64,000 bases of DNA, taken from positions 5,901-69,900 of the forward strand of contig JAUIJC010000001.1 of assembly GCA_030431525.1 (NCBI GenBank), given 5' to 3'. Positions within the stretch are counted from its first letter, which is position 1. The number at the start of each line of letters is the position of its first letter. The translations under genes were made by a program, and so were the position numbers. The notes below the pieces were generated by a model, which saw only the letters and a list, made by a program, of their open reading frames with translations, was not told the DNA's origin and ran no database searches. Origin of the DNA: Bacteroidia bacterium (lineage in GTDB: Bacteria; Bacteroidota; Bacteroidia; Cytophagales; JAAEPT01). Of this stretch, positions 10,261 to 18,492 are shown piece by piece.

Positions 10261-10821
10261 CTAAACCATACCTGAAAAATGCTTAAACCCCAGTCCAAAC
10301 TTCACATGTAATTCTTCAATAAATGAGGGCTTTATCGAAGGCCAATTCCAAAAGGTGATGACAAAATTGGTTAGACAAAACCCTTTATTAACAGAGAAAG
10401 AATCCATAGGACTCTCATGTTTACAAGAAGCACAAGTCATCGCTATATTTTCCCCTTCATTCCAACTTCCAACCCTTTCAAAAAAATCGCCAAGGTCCAA
10501 GCCATGTTCAAGTTGATTTGCCTCACAAACAGGACATAGAATCTCTTCTAATTCCATATTACCTCCCGCCGTAGCCACTTGTCGTTCATCTGAAAACTCA
10601 ACTCCACACACGCCACTTGTTGGAATAGACTCCTCATCCTCCACAAGCAATTTGGCAAACTCTCCTGCTCTAAATCCCTCTTTCTCTGATGCCAACAAAC
10701 AATTGCTTGGGATTGAGTCTAAAATCCCCTTCTCATGGAAATAGGAAATCACTTCCTTCTTGGAAATTTCTTGAGGGGGAAAAACAGCGATTAGTTGATA
10801 ATGCGTACTCATCTTTCTCAA
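10261..10821 (-). CDS. hypothetical Cys-rich protein (186 aa)
   Basis: Contains CPVCEAN...CASCKH, a possible zinc-ribbon. 4-bp overlap with the upstream gene suggests translational coupling. No known family recognised. Confidence 0.45.
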   Translation of the reverse strand: MRKMSTHYQLIAVFPPQEISKKEVISYFHEKGILDSIPSNCLLASEKEGFRAGEFAKLLVEDEESIPTSGVCGVEFSDERQVATAGGNMELEEILCPVCEANQLEHGLDLGDFFERVGSWNEGENIAMTCASCKHESPMDSFSVNKGFCLTNFVITFWNWPSIKPSFIEELHVKFGLGFKHFSGMV

Positions 10822-11837
10822 ATGTTCATTAACAAACCTTCCCCTACTGTATTCAACCGCTCCGCCTCCTTCAACACCGCCTCATCCAAGGCCTCCATAT
10901 CCAATACCTCCTTTTCCGTTGTCTGATAAAGCTCGGCCACTTGTCCCCCAATCTTGTTGATGTCTGAGGGATTGAAGAAACTGAAAGCCAGTCGAAGCTC
11001 CGGCAGAATGGCTAAGAATTCCTCCTCGCCGACATTCTGTAAAATATGGTCAAGCCCTTGAAGGAGCTCGCCTCCACTCAGCAAGGTCTCCCGTGCCGTG
11101 GCAAACAAACCTTTGAGGAAGGAAACCGCATTCGCGAAATGGTGTCCTGTTCCATAGAAGAACCCTTCGGCCCTTTTCACCACATCCGCCCGTTCCATTT
11201 CCCCAAGACCCAAGAGCAGTCCCGCCGAGGCACCCTGCAAGGCCACATTCCCGTTTTCAAGGTTTAGTAGACTCTCCAAACCTCCTTGCAACAGCTGTTG
11301 GTCCAACAATCGAGGATGCTCCAACAACAACTGGTAAATGCCCCTAAGGGACGAAATCCGTTTATCTTCCTCTTCTACCCGTGTACCGCCAAGAGTCGCC
11401 ACCAACAAGGCCGTGCGACTCCATCCCTGCTTGAGCACCTCCTCCAATTCCTCATTCAGTTTAAAGTCCAACAGTCGATGAGCATGGAACAGGTAATTGA
11501 GATGGAAACAGGCATCAGAAAGAGAATCAAACTCATGGTCGGACTGCAACTTTTCCTTGAGCTGTGGCAAGAAAAACGGAATCTCATTACCGAGGCCCAT
11601 GCGAAAGGCTTCAACCAAAAGCTTGGCTACTTCCCTTGAATTCACTGCATTTTTCAAGGACTGAAGCAACAACTCACGTCCCGCCTCTTTCAGGCTTCCG
11701 CCAAAAATGGACAGCTCCACCAACATGCCTTCAACGGATGGCGACATGCGGTATTCCCAAATCTCACGAATCAGGTTAGTGTCTTTTTGCTTCGCAAAGT
11801 CAGGTCCTTTCTTCAACTCGCAGAAGGCCGTTCCCAA
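10818..11837 (-). CDS. YehM/DUF5682-like protein, C-terminal portion
   Basis: 339-aa helical ORF immediately after the 442-aa ORF. Combined length (~781 aa) matches single-chain YehM-type proteins (~760 aa). Confidence 0.45.
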   Translation of the reverse strand: MGTAFCELKKGPDFAKQKDTNLIREIWEYRMSPSVEGMLVELSIFGGSLKEAGRELLLQSLKNAVNSREVAKLLVEAFRMGLGNEIPFFLPQLKEKLQSDHEFDSLSDACFHLNYLFHAHRLLDFKLNEELEEVLKQGWSRTALLVATLGGTRVEEEDKRISSLRGIYQLLLEHPRLLDQQLLQGGLESLLNLENGNVALQGASAGLLLGLGEMERADVVKRAEGFFYGTGHHFANAVSFLKGLFATARETLLSGGELLQGLDHILQNVGEEEFLAILPELRLAFSFFNPSDINKIGGQVAELYQTTEKEVLDMEALDEAVLKEAERLNTVGEGLLMNI

Positions 11838-11865
11838 ATAATTGAGGATATGAAAAAAGTGGCTT

Positions 11866-13194
11866 TTACGTAGGTGTAGGCTTTTGATAGATGCTCAACG
11901 CCTCTTCTTGGGAATTGTTGGTCGCCACCTTGAGCTTCAACTTTTGGCATTGCTCGCGGAAATCCTCCAAAATGGGTGGCACAGGCGCCTCGTCGCAAAG
12001 ATTGCCGAAACGCTCGCCTTGCAACAGCTTGCCCATTTCCTGCAAGGGCGTGGCATTCATATCCGAAAGCTCGCCTTTGATAAAACAGGAATGCACCCCG
12101 TCCAACAACTCATACACGCCGGCATCCCGTTTTTTGCGCAAGTCACGTAGGCCCAAGGCCAAGTTCAAGGCCTCAATCTCATCGGCGGTGGAAAGAGGCT
12201 CCTCCAACTTGCGAACTGCCCTTCCCGTCCTGACCACATAATCCCGAACCGTCAAGCGATAGGCGTCATCAATGCCCGAGGATTGGATGTTGTCCCAAAC
12301 CTTCTGGTAAAATGCGGGATGAGGCATGCCACTGGCATAGCCCATCACTTGGTCGGCCTCACGGAAGGAATAGGCCATCGGAAAGGTGCCGACCTCTTCG
12401 GGCTTAATCTTTCGAACCTTTTGTTTCTTGGGCTTCTTGGCATTCAACAGCTCCACCAATCCCAAGGTGTGAAAACCACCCGTAACGACTAAAACACGGT
12501 CGTATTTCTCTTGCGCCTCCCGAATCTTTTCGGCCATGAAACGTTCGCGCGCCAAACAGCCTTCTGCCTCCAAGCTTTCCTCGGATTGCTCGATACGGGC
12601 ATAATAGCAATAGCCCAACATGCTGTGGACAAAATCCGCAGTGGACTTGCCCAAGCCGTTCACCTCGTAGTGCTTTTCCCACAATTCATTGAAATCGCGG
12701 ACACCCTCTTTCTCACACAAGGTTTGGATGTAATGGCTTTGAAAAAGGCGATGCTCATCACCGTAAGCCTGCTTGCGCCCTTCCTTCCGCAAGCCTTTCT
12801 GCTCTTGGCTCGCCAACAAAATATTGGGGTAGTTCAAATCAATGAACTCGGTTTTGACACCATGCTCCAAGCCCTTCTTGAGAATCACCAACTCTGGGGA
12901 ATAATCGAGAAAAGGATAGTAACAGCGATAGCGTTTGTCTTTCTCGCCCAGCATTCCGCCCTTGTCATGAAAACTGTAATAAATGGCGATGGGCGTTTCC
13001 GTGTCAGAATGTACCAACAAGGGGTTGAGGTGGTTGGTGTCCTCAGGTCCCTCGATAAGGATGCAATCGGGCTGGTATTCCTCAAACACCCTCTCCAAAT
13101 GCCATGAACAGGCTGGGCTGTGGTGGCGGACTGGAAAAAAAACGGTGTTGGTGGTGAGGTTGAAGGATTGGGAGAAGAGGTCTTGGAGGGTCAT
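11866..13194 (-). CDS. YehM/DUF5682-like protein, N-terminal portion
   Basis: 442-aa ORF starting ...FFPVRHHSPACSWHL..., a motif I associate with the DUF5682 N-terminus. Sits between the AAA and vWA genes as in yehLMP. Confidence 0.45.
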   Translation of the reverse strand: MTLQDLFSQSFNLTTNTVFFPVRHHSPACSWHLERVFEEYQPDCILIEGPEDTNHLNPLLVHSDTETPIAIYYSFHDKGGMLGEKDKRYRCYYPFLDYSPELVILKKGLEHGVKTEFIDLNYPNILLASQEQKGLRKEGRKQAYGDEHRLFQSHYIQTLCEKEGVRDFNELWEKHYEVNGLGKSTADFVHSMLGYCYYARIEQSEESLEAEGCLARERFMAEKIREAQEKYDRVLVVTGGFHTLGLVELLNAKKPKKQKVRKIKPEEVGTFPMAYSFREADQVMGYASGMPHPAFYQKVWDNIQSSGIDDAYRLTVRDYVVRTGRAVRKLEEPLSTADEIEALNLALGLRDLRKKRDAGVYELLDGVHSCFIKGELSDMNATPLQEMGKLLQGERFGNLCDEAPVPPILEDFREQCQKLKLKVATNNSQEEALSIYQKPTPT

Positions 13195-13212
13195 GGGGGA
13201 TTACATTTCTTG

Positions 13213-13313
13213 GACGATGGGCTTTACGCCCATCGCTATCATATTTCGCCCTTACAGGGCTGTGACGTGGTAGCCCTGTAAGGGCGAAATATGTTAGCAT
13301 AGGACAACCTCCT
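13213..13313. repeat. composite intergenic palindromic element, copy C
   Basis: Hairpin CGATGGGCtttaCGCCCATCG at 13215-13234, a large hairpin at 13240-13293 identical to copy A including the loop, and hairpin CATAGGAcaaccTCCTATG at 13299-13317. Confidence 0.8.
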
Positions 13314-13375
13314 ATGTCTTCGTTAATTGCGACGATTGTGAAAAATGCGACGAACAAAATGTTACAATTATCCCC

Positions 13376-14554
13376 TCATTTCAACCTCCCCGAAGCCTCA
13401 TAATACTTCTTCCACAACCCCTCCTCACTAATCGCCCGTTGCTTGATGACCACATCGAAATAAGCCTTCAAACGGCCCAAGTCATCCTCGTTTTCCTTCA
13501 ACACCGCCCCGACCAAGTTTTCTACAATGCGCTCTGGAGCGATAGCCTCCTCTCCATAATAATGCGCCGAAAGCGCTGACTGATAATAAACAGAGACAGC
13601 CTCTGCGGTACTCATCACCGTGAAAGGCGATTCCACACGATGCCCTTCCTTGGTCACACCCTCCCGCAACTCTTGGAAGGTGGTCGCCAACAAGCCCACC
13701 AAATCGGTATCGATTTGAGGTTCAATGCCATTGGAACGAAGCAATTCCATACTCTCCTGCTCAATGATTTTTGCCTCCAAATTCACATTGGAAATCGGCC
13801 TCACCGTCTCAAAATTGAAACGGCGCTTCAGCGCGGCACTCATTTCGTTCACCCCCTTGTCGCGCGTGTTTGCCGTGGCAATCAGGTTAAAACCCGCCTT
13901 GGCATACAGATGACCTTCCTGTCCCAATTCAGGAATGGTCATCACCTTATCGGAAAGCACACTCACCAAAGCATCCTGCGTTTCGGCCGGACAACGCGTG
14001 ATTTCCTCGAAACGGGTAATCAGTCCGTCCCTCATCCCCACATATAATGGTGATGGCACCAAGGCCTCAGGCACTGGACCCTTAGCCAAAAGCAGGGCGT
14101 AGTTCCAAGAATATTTGATCATGTCCTCGGTGACGGCTGCTGTTCCCTGAATAGTGTGCGCCGTGGTGCCACAAATAGCAGCCGAAAGCAACTCGCTCAA
14201 CATGGTCTTGGCTGTGCCCGGCTCCCCGACCAGCATGAGTCCTCTATTGCCCGCCAAAGTGACAATGCAACGCTCTATCAAGGCGTCATTACCGAAAAAC
14301 TTGCGCGAGATGGTAATTTCCTCTCCCTTATGAACAAGTGGCTTCTCCGCTCCTAGAATAAAGGTGCGAACGGCCTGAGGAGAAAGTTTCCAAGTCGCTG
14401 GTTTCGGGGCTTTGTCATGGGTGGCCAAGGCCTCCAACTCTTTCTGATAGCTAACTTCAACGGGTGGCTTGAGGTGCTGGTTTTGGGACATGTTTTGGAA
14501 AAGTTTGAACTTGTGGTGCAATAGTACGCAATCCTCTGCAATCGGGGGAGGCAT
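13376..14554 (-). CDS. MoxR-like AAA+ ATPase (YehL-like)
   Basis: Walker A LVGEPGTAKT, an AAA_5/MoxR-type core, ~390 aa. Alternative start MSQNQHL at 14491. Confidence 0.75.
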   Translation of the reverse strand: MPPPIAEDCVLLHHKFKLFQNMSQNQHLKPPVEVSYQKELEALATHDKAPKPATWKLSPQAVRTFILGAEKPLVHKGEEITISRKFFGNDALIERCIVTLAGNRGLMLVGEPGTAKTMLSELLSAAICGTTAHTIQGTAAVTEDMIKYSWNYALLLAKGPVPEALVPSPLYVGMRDGLITRFEEITRCPAETQDALVSVLSDKVMTIPELGQEGHLYAKAGFNLIATANTRDKGVNEMSAALKRRFNFETVRPISNVNLEAKIIEQESMELLRSNGIEPQIDTDLVGLLATTFQELREGVTKEGHRVESPFTVMSTAEAVSVYYQSALSAHYYGEEAIAPERIVENLVGAVLKENEDDLGRLKAYFDVVIKQRAISEEGLWKKYYEASGRLK

Positions 14555-14557
14555 TGG

Positions 14558-14635
14558 AGACTTTAGACATTAGACTTTGGACTTAAGCTTTTTGATCAGC
14601 ATAAAGCTTAAGTCCAAAGTCTAAAGTCTAACGTC
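14558..14635. promoter_or_regulatory. long near-perfect palindrome in a divergent intergenic region
   Basis: GACTTTGGACTTAAGCTTT (14573-14591) is the exact reverse complement of AAAGCTTAAGTCCAAAGTC (14603-14621). Arms extend to ~27 bp with one mismatch. The loop contains a TGATCA palindrome. It sits between the AAA ATPase start and the oxidase start. Confidence 0.6.
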
Positions 14636-14649
14636 CCTTCCAACTCCAT

Positions 14650-16182
14650 ATGAAACGCCGCACCTTTCTCAAGCTTTCCTCTCTTTCCTTACTTCCCCTT
14701 CTGACCAACAGCTGTGATGAGGAGGAACATGCATTTGACATTGAAATCCAATCCGACCAAAAGACGGGGCATTTGGTGTTCGAAAGCTTCCTTTATCCCG
14801 AGGGAAAAACGATGGAGACAGAGACGCTGATTGTAGGCGGTGGGATTGCTGGTCTGAGCGCAGCCTATGAACTGAAAGAACGGGATTTTCTGCTATGCGA
14901 ACTTTCCACGGCTTTGGGTGGTAGCTCCAGCGCACAGCATTTCAAAGGCTTGTCCTTTAGCCAAGGCGCGCACTACGATCTTTCCTATCCTGAATATTAT
15001 GGTGCTGAGGTGTTGGAGATGCTCAAAGAGCTGGGCATCATCTACCACGACCCTCACCGGAAATGTTGGGACTTTAAACAAAAGGAATACCTGATTCCTG
15101 AGGCCATTGAAAGCCGTACTTTTTCTGACGGAAAATTCAGGGCAGGCGTCCTTCCCGAGGGAAAATTGAAAGATGATTTCCTGAAACTGATTCAGCCCTA
15201 TTTGGGGAAAATGCATCAGCCTACTCGCCTCATTCCCGAAGAGGTACGACACCTAGATAACCTTACCTTTTTAGATTGGCTGAATCAGCACCTCAGCCTC
15301 AATACTGAATTTATCCGTGCACTGGATTACCACATGATGGACGATTATGGTGCTGGCGCTGCCGATGTTTCAGCCTTGACTGGCATTCATTATTACCGTT
15401 GTCGCCCCTACTATTCACAGCATGTAGAACTGTTCTCACCACCTGAGGGAAACAATTTCTTCATTCAAAAACTTGCTCAGCAAGTCCCTGAAAAACACCT
15501 CAAAACCAAACATCTCGTTCGGAAAATCAGCAAACTGGAAGGTGGCTTTAAGGCTGAGGTGGTTGACATTGAAAAAAAACAGGTCCATACCATAAAATGC
15601 AAAGGGGTGATTTATGCGGGCCATAAACACGCCCTAAAACACATTTGGAAAGATGACTACCCACTTTTTGAGAACAACCGCTATGCACCGTGGTTGGTGA
15701 TGAACTTTGTGTTAAAGCCTGAAATCAATAGTCAAGAAGTGTTTTGGCAGAATGAATTGCTTACCAATAATCGGGCATTGATGGGCTTTGTGGATTCAGC
15801 CAGTCAATTCACGGAATCCCAAGAATACCGCGTGCTGAACACCTATTTCTGTTTCAAGCCCGAGGAACGGAAATATTTGGCGAACATCGATGATAACGCC
15901 CAAGCATTGACGAAGGAAACCATCAACATCATCAATCAATATTTTGATCAAGACATTTCCAGCTTGGTGGAAAAAGTGTTTATCAAAGTGATGGGACATG
16001 CCATGTCCATTCCTTATCCCAACTATCTGTTTAGGGATGTCAACTCAAAGCGAAGTGAGGAAAAGCTGATCTTTGCTGGGGTTGATTCTGGACAACTGCC
16101 ACTCTTTTTTGAAGCGGCCGATTCTGGATTAATGGCCGCCAAACTGCTTAAAAGCCAATATTCGGGTTCGATGAAAAATTGA
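14650..16182 (+). CDS. Tat-exported lipoprotein, FAD-dependent amine-oxidase-like oxidoreductase
   Basis: N-terminal MKRRTFLKLSSLSLLPLLTNSC (twin-arginine signal plus lipobox Cys) and a Rossmann dinucleotide motif LIVGGGIAGLSAA. Confidence 0.65.
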   Translation: MKRRTFLKLSSLSLLPLLTNSCDEEEHAFDIEIQSDQKTGHLVFESFLYPEGKTMETETLIVGGGIAGLSAAYELKERDFLLCELSTALGGSSSAQHFKGLSFSQGAHYDLSYPEYYGAEVLEMLKELGIIYHDPHRKCWDFKQKEYLIPEAIESRTFSDGKFRAGVLPEGKLKDDFLKLIQPYLGKMHQPTRLIPEEVRHLDNLTFLDWLNQHLSLNTEFIRALDYHMMDDYGAGAADVSALTGIHYYRCRPYYSQHVELFSPPEGNNFFIQKLAQQVPEKHLKTKHLVRKISKLEGGFKAEVVDIEKKQVHTIKCKGVIYAGHKHALKHIWKDDYPLFENNRYAPWLVMNFVLKPEINSQEVFWQNELLTNNRALMGFVDSASQFTESQEYRVLNTYFCFKPEERKYLANIDDNAQALTKETINIINQYFDQDISSLVEKVFIKVMGHAMSIPYPNYLFRDVNSKRSEEKLIFAGVDSGQLPLFFEAADSGLMAAKLLKSQYSGSMKN

Positions 16183-16287
16183 TTTATTCCCGATTTGGGA
16201 AAACCGTAAAAAGCCCATCACTTTTTGGGGTCCAGTCTCCGTATCTCTTCTTGTCGGCATTCCCGCCGTTTTTTAAGATTTGACCTT

Positions 16288-16524
16288 ATGGACCCAAGAC
16301 GAGTTCACCGCATTACTCCCAAGCCTGTTATTATTCGGGTAGGACGCAGACCATCGGGACCACGCGCTGCCAGTTCGCGCAGTGTGGGGCTTTCCATGGT
16401 TGCGACCGTTGGATATGTACTTTTTGTTGTCGGCTCATTTGCCTTTTTTAGTAAGGAACATGCCGGCGAACTAAAAAGGTTAAAAGGCAGCATTATTAAG
16501 GTGATTGGAAACAGTGACAAATAA
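16288..16524 (+). CDS. possible small membrane protein
   Basis: 79-aa ORF from an internal ATG with one hydrophobic helix (VGLSMVATVGYVLFVVGSFAFF). Weak call. Confidence 0.2.
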   Translation: MDPRRVHRITPKPVIIRVGRRPSGPRAASSRSVGLSMVATVGYVLFVVGSFAFFSKEHAGELKRLKGSIIKVIGNSDK

Positions 16525-16550
16525 AAAAAGGGGTGAACAATGTCACCCCT
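16522..16550 (-). terminator. intrinsic terminator after the spermidine-synthase-like gene
   Basis: On the minus strand, GGGGTGAcattgtTCACCCC followed by TTTTTTTT. On the plus strand it is preceded by an A-run, so it may act bidirectionally. Confidence 0.6.
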
Positions 16551-16560
16551 GAGTTCCCTT

Positions 16561-18114
16561 TTAATAAACGCTCCAGTCGCCATTTAGATAATAGCTGTGT
16601 AAAACGGGCTCCCGAATCGTATTGACTTTCACTTTTGAAACATCAACAGGATCCTTTCCGAAGGAAGTGATTTGGAGCATTCCGTCATTATTCAGCCAAC
16701 GTGTTTCCACATCATCAAAAGTGAGTCCTCGGAGACGTTGGATAACTTGCTCCTGTGTGCCATTCTTGGCCGCAAGGACATATCCCCATTCTCCCAAGGT
16801 CAAAACCTGTTTATGAAGAGGAACAGTAGAAAAACCAGCGGCTTGCATGGACTTTTCAATGCATTTGAAAGCCTTGAAAGCAAACTGTGGCGTACCTGAT
16901 TGGCTAATCAACACGCCATTTGGAGTCATTTGCTTGTAGCAAAGCTGATAAAACTCCTTTGAGTAAAGCTTCGCCAAATCGGTATTCTTAGGATCGGGAA
17001 GATCCACAATAATGACATCGTAGAAATCTGGTGTCTCGCTGAGGAACAAGAAACCATCAGTGTTCACAATACTCAGCTTCTCACTGTCCATTGAACCCTT
17101 GTTCAATTTAGTAAGGATGGGATGCTGCTTGCCCAAATTGGTCATCGCCGAATCCAAATCCACCAAAGTGATTTTCTCCACAGAAGGATACTTAAGGATT
17201 TCACGAACGGCGCAACCATCACCTCCTCCCATTACCAACACATTTTTCGGGTGACCTGACAACTTCATTGACGGATGCACCAATGGCTCGTGGTAATGCC
17301 ATTCATCCAGCGTGCTTAACTGCTGATTATTGTCGATATACAACCAGTAATTCTCCTTCCACTGGGTAATCACAATCTTTTGGTAACGGCTCTGCTTCTC
17401 AAAAACGACCTTCTCTGCATAGCGCGCCTGTTCGCTGAACTCAATGATTGGCGAGGAGAAAATCACCCCAAGAATCAATATCACGGCTACTCCAGCCCCA
17501 CTACCCCACAGCAGTTTTGACCTTGTAACGTAGCTTTTGAAGCGATCCAAAAGCAAGAGGGCGACAATAAAATTGATGCCTCCCAATACAAATGGCACGT
17601 AGCGCATCCCCAAATATTGAATACCGATAAAGGCAAAGAACATCCCGCCGATTAGGCTTCCGAAGTAATCCACGGCCATGATGGAGGAAATATTTTCCCG
17701 CAAATCCTCAAACTCATCATTAAGGCGAGTAACAAGGGGAATTTCCATGCCTATCAACAGGCCAATAATGATGCTGAGGGAGTAGATGATAAGTGGGGTA
17801 AGTTGCGTATAACCAGCCGCCACATAAACGATCAACGCAGAGAATGAACTGAAAAAGGACAGCACGAATTCAATCCCCACAAATTTCTCCAGTAGGTTCT
17901 CCGACATTTTTCGGCTCAGCTGGCTTCCCATACCCATGGAAAACATCATGATGGAAATCACCATCGTCCACTGGAACACTGAATTACCCAAAAAGTAATT
18001 GGCCAAAGTCGCCAACACATATTCCGCCACAATGCCCGACAAACCAGTGGCAAAAATGGCCAGCTTGAGGATATGTGAACCCCACAATTTCTTGTTGCCC
18101 ATATTTTCTATCAA
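16561..18114 (-). CDS. polyamine aminopropyltransferase (spermidine-synthase-like) fused to an N-terminal polytopic membrane domain
   Basis: C-terminal VLVMGGGDGCAVREILKYP...VDLD matches the SpeE GGGDGG signature. N-terminal ~200 aa carries ~7 TM helices. Confidence 0.75.
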   Translation of the reverse strand: MIENMGNKKLWGSHILKLAIFATGLSGIVAEYVLATLANYFLGNSVFQWTMVISIMMFSMGMGSQLSRKMSENLLEKFVGIEFVLSFFSSFSALIVYVAAGYTQLTPLIIYSLSIIIGLLIGMEIPLVTRLNDEFEDLRENISSIMAVDYFGSLIGGMFFAFIGIQYLGMRYVPFVLGGINFIVALLLLDRFKSYVTRSKLLWGSGAGVAVILILGVIFSSPIIEFSEQARYAEKVVFEKQSRYQKIVITQWKENYWLYIDNNQQLSTLDEWHYHEPLVHPSMKLSGHPKNVLVMGGGDGCAVREILKYPSVEKITLVDLDSAMTNLGKQHPILTKLNKGSMDSEKLSIVNTDGFLFLSETPDFYDVIIVDLPDPKNTDLAKLYSKEFYQLCYKQMTPNGVLISQSGTPQFAFKAFKCIEKSMQAAGFSTVPLHKQVLTLGEWGYVLAAKNGTQEQVIQRLRGLTFDDVETRWLNNDGMLQITSFGKDPVDVSKVKVNTIREPVLHSYYLNGDWSVY

Positions 18115-18492
18115 AAGAATCTTATTTCAACAGGAGCCCTTGACTTACACATTCTGCGATTTACCAAAACTCAGGTCGCCTGTTGAACAAAAGGTGGCGC
18201 AAAATTACGAATTAATTCGCCGCCAATCTCTATCCTTCGATTTCCCACTCAAGCAAGTTCTACTTTCTCCCAAAGCCCCTTTCCACTTGTTTATCAACTA
18301 TACAGCATCTTTCCCAAAAAACTTCATTGGGGTTTGCTTTAAACTTTTTCACAAAAAGAAATGTAATGTCTTCAGCGGATTTGAGCTCAAAACAGAACGA
18401 CAATCCACTCATTCCCTTTGTACCAGCTTTTTAGAAGCTGTAACTTTGGAAGTTCAATTGGAGTACCATTCTCATCAAATTTGAAGATTTAC

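Noticed and set aside
18418-18492. TTG-initiated N-terminal extension of the SulP ORF
   Set aside because: The extension is not hydrophobic or conserved-looking. The ATG at 18493 gives the canonical SulP N-terminus.
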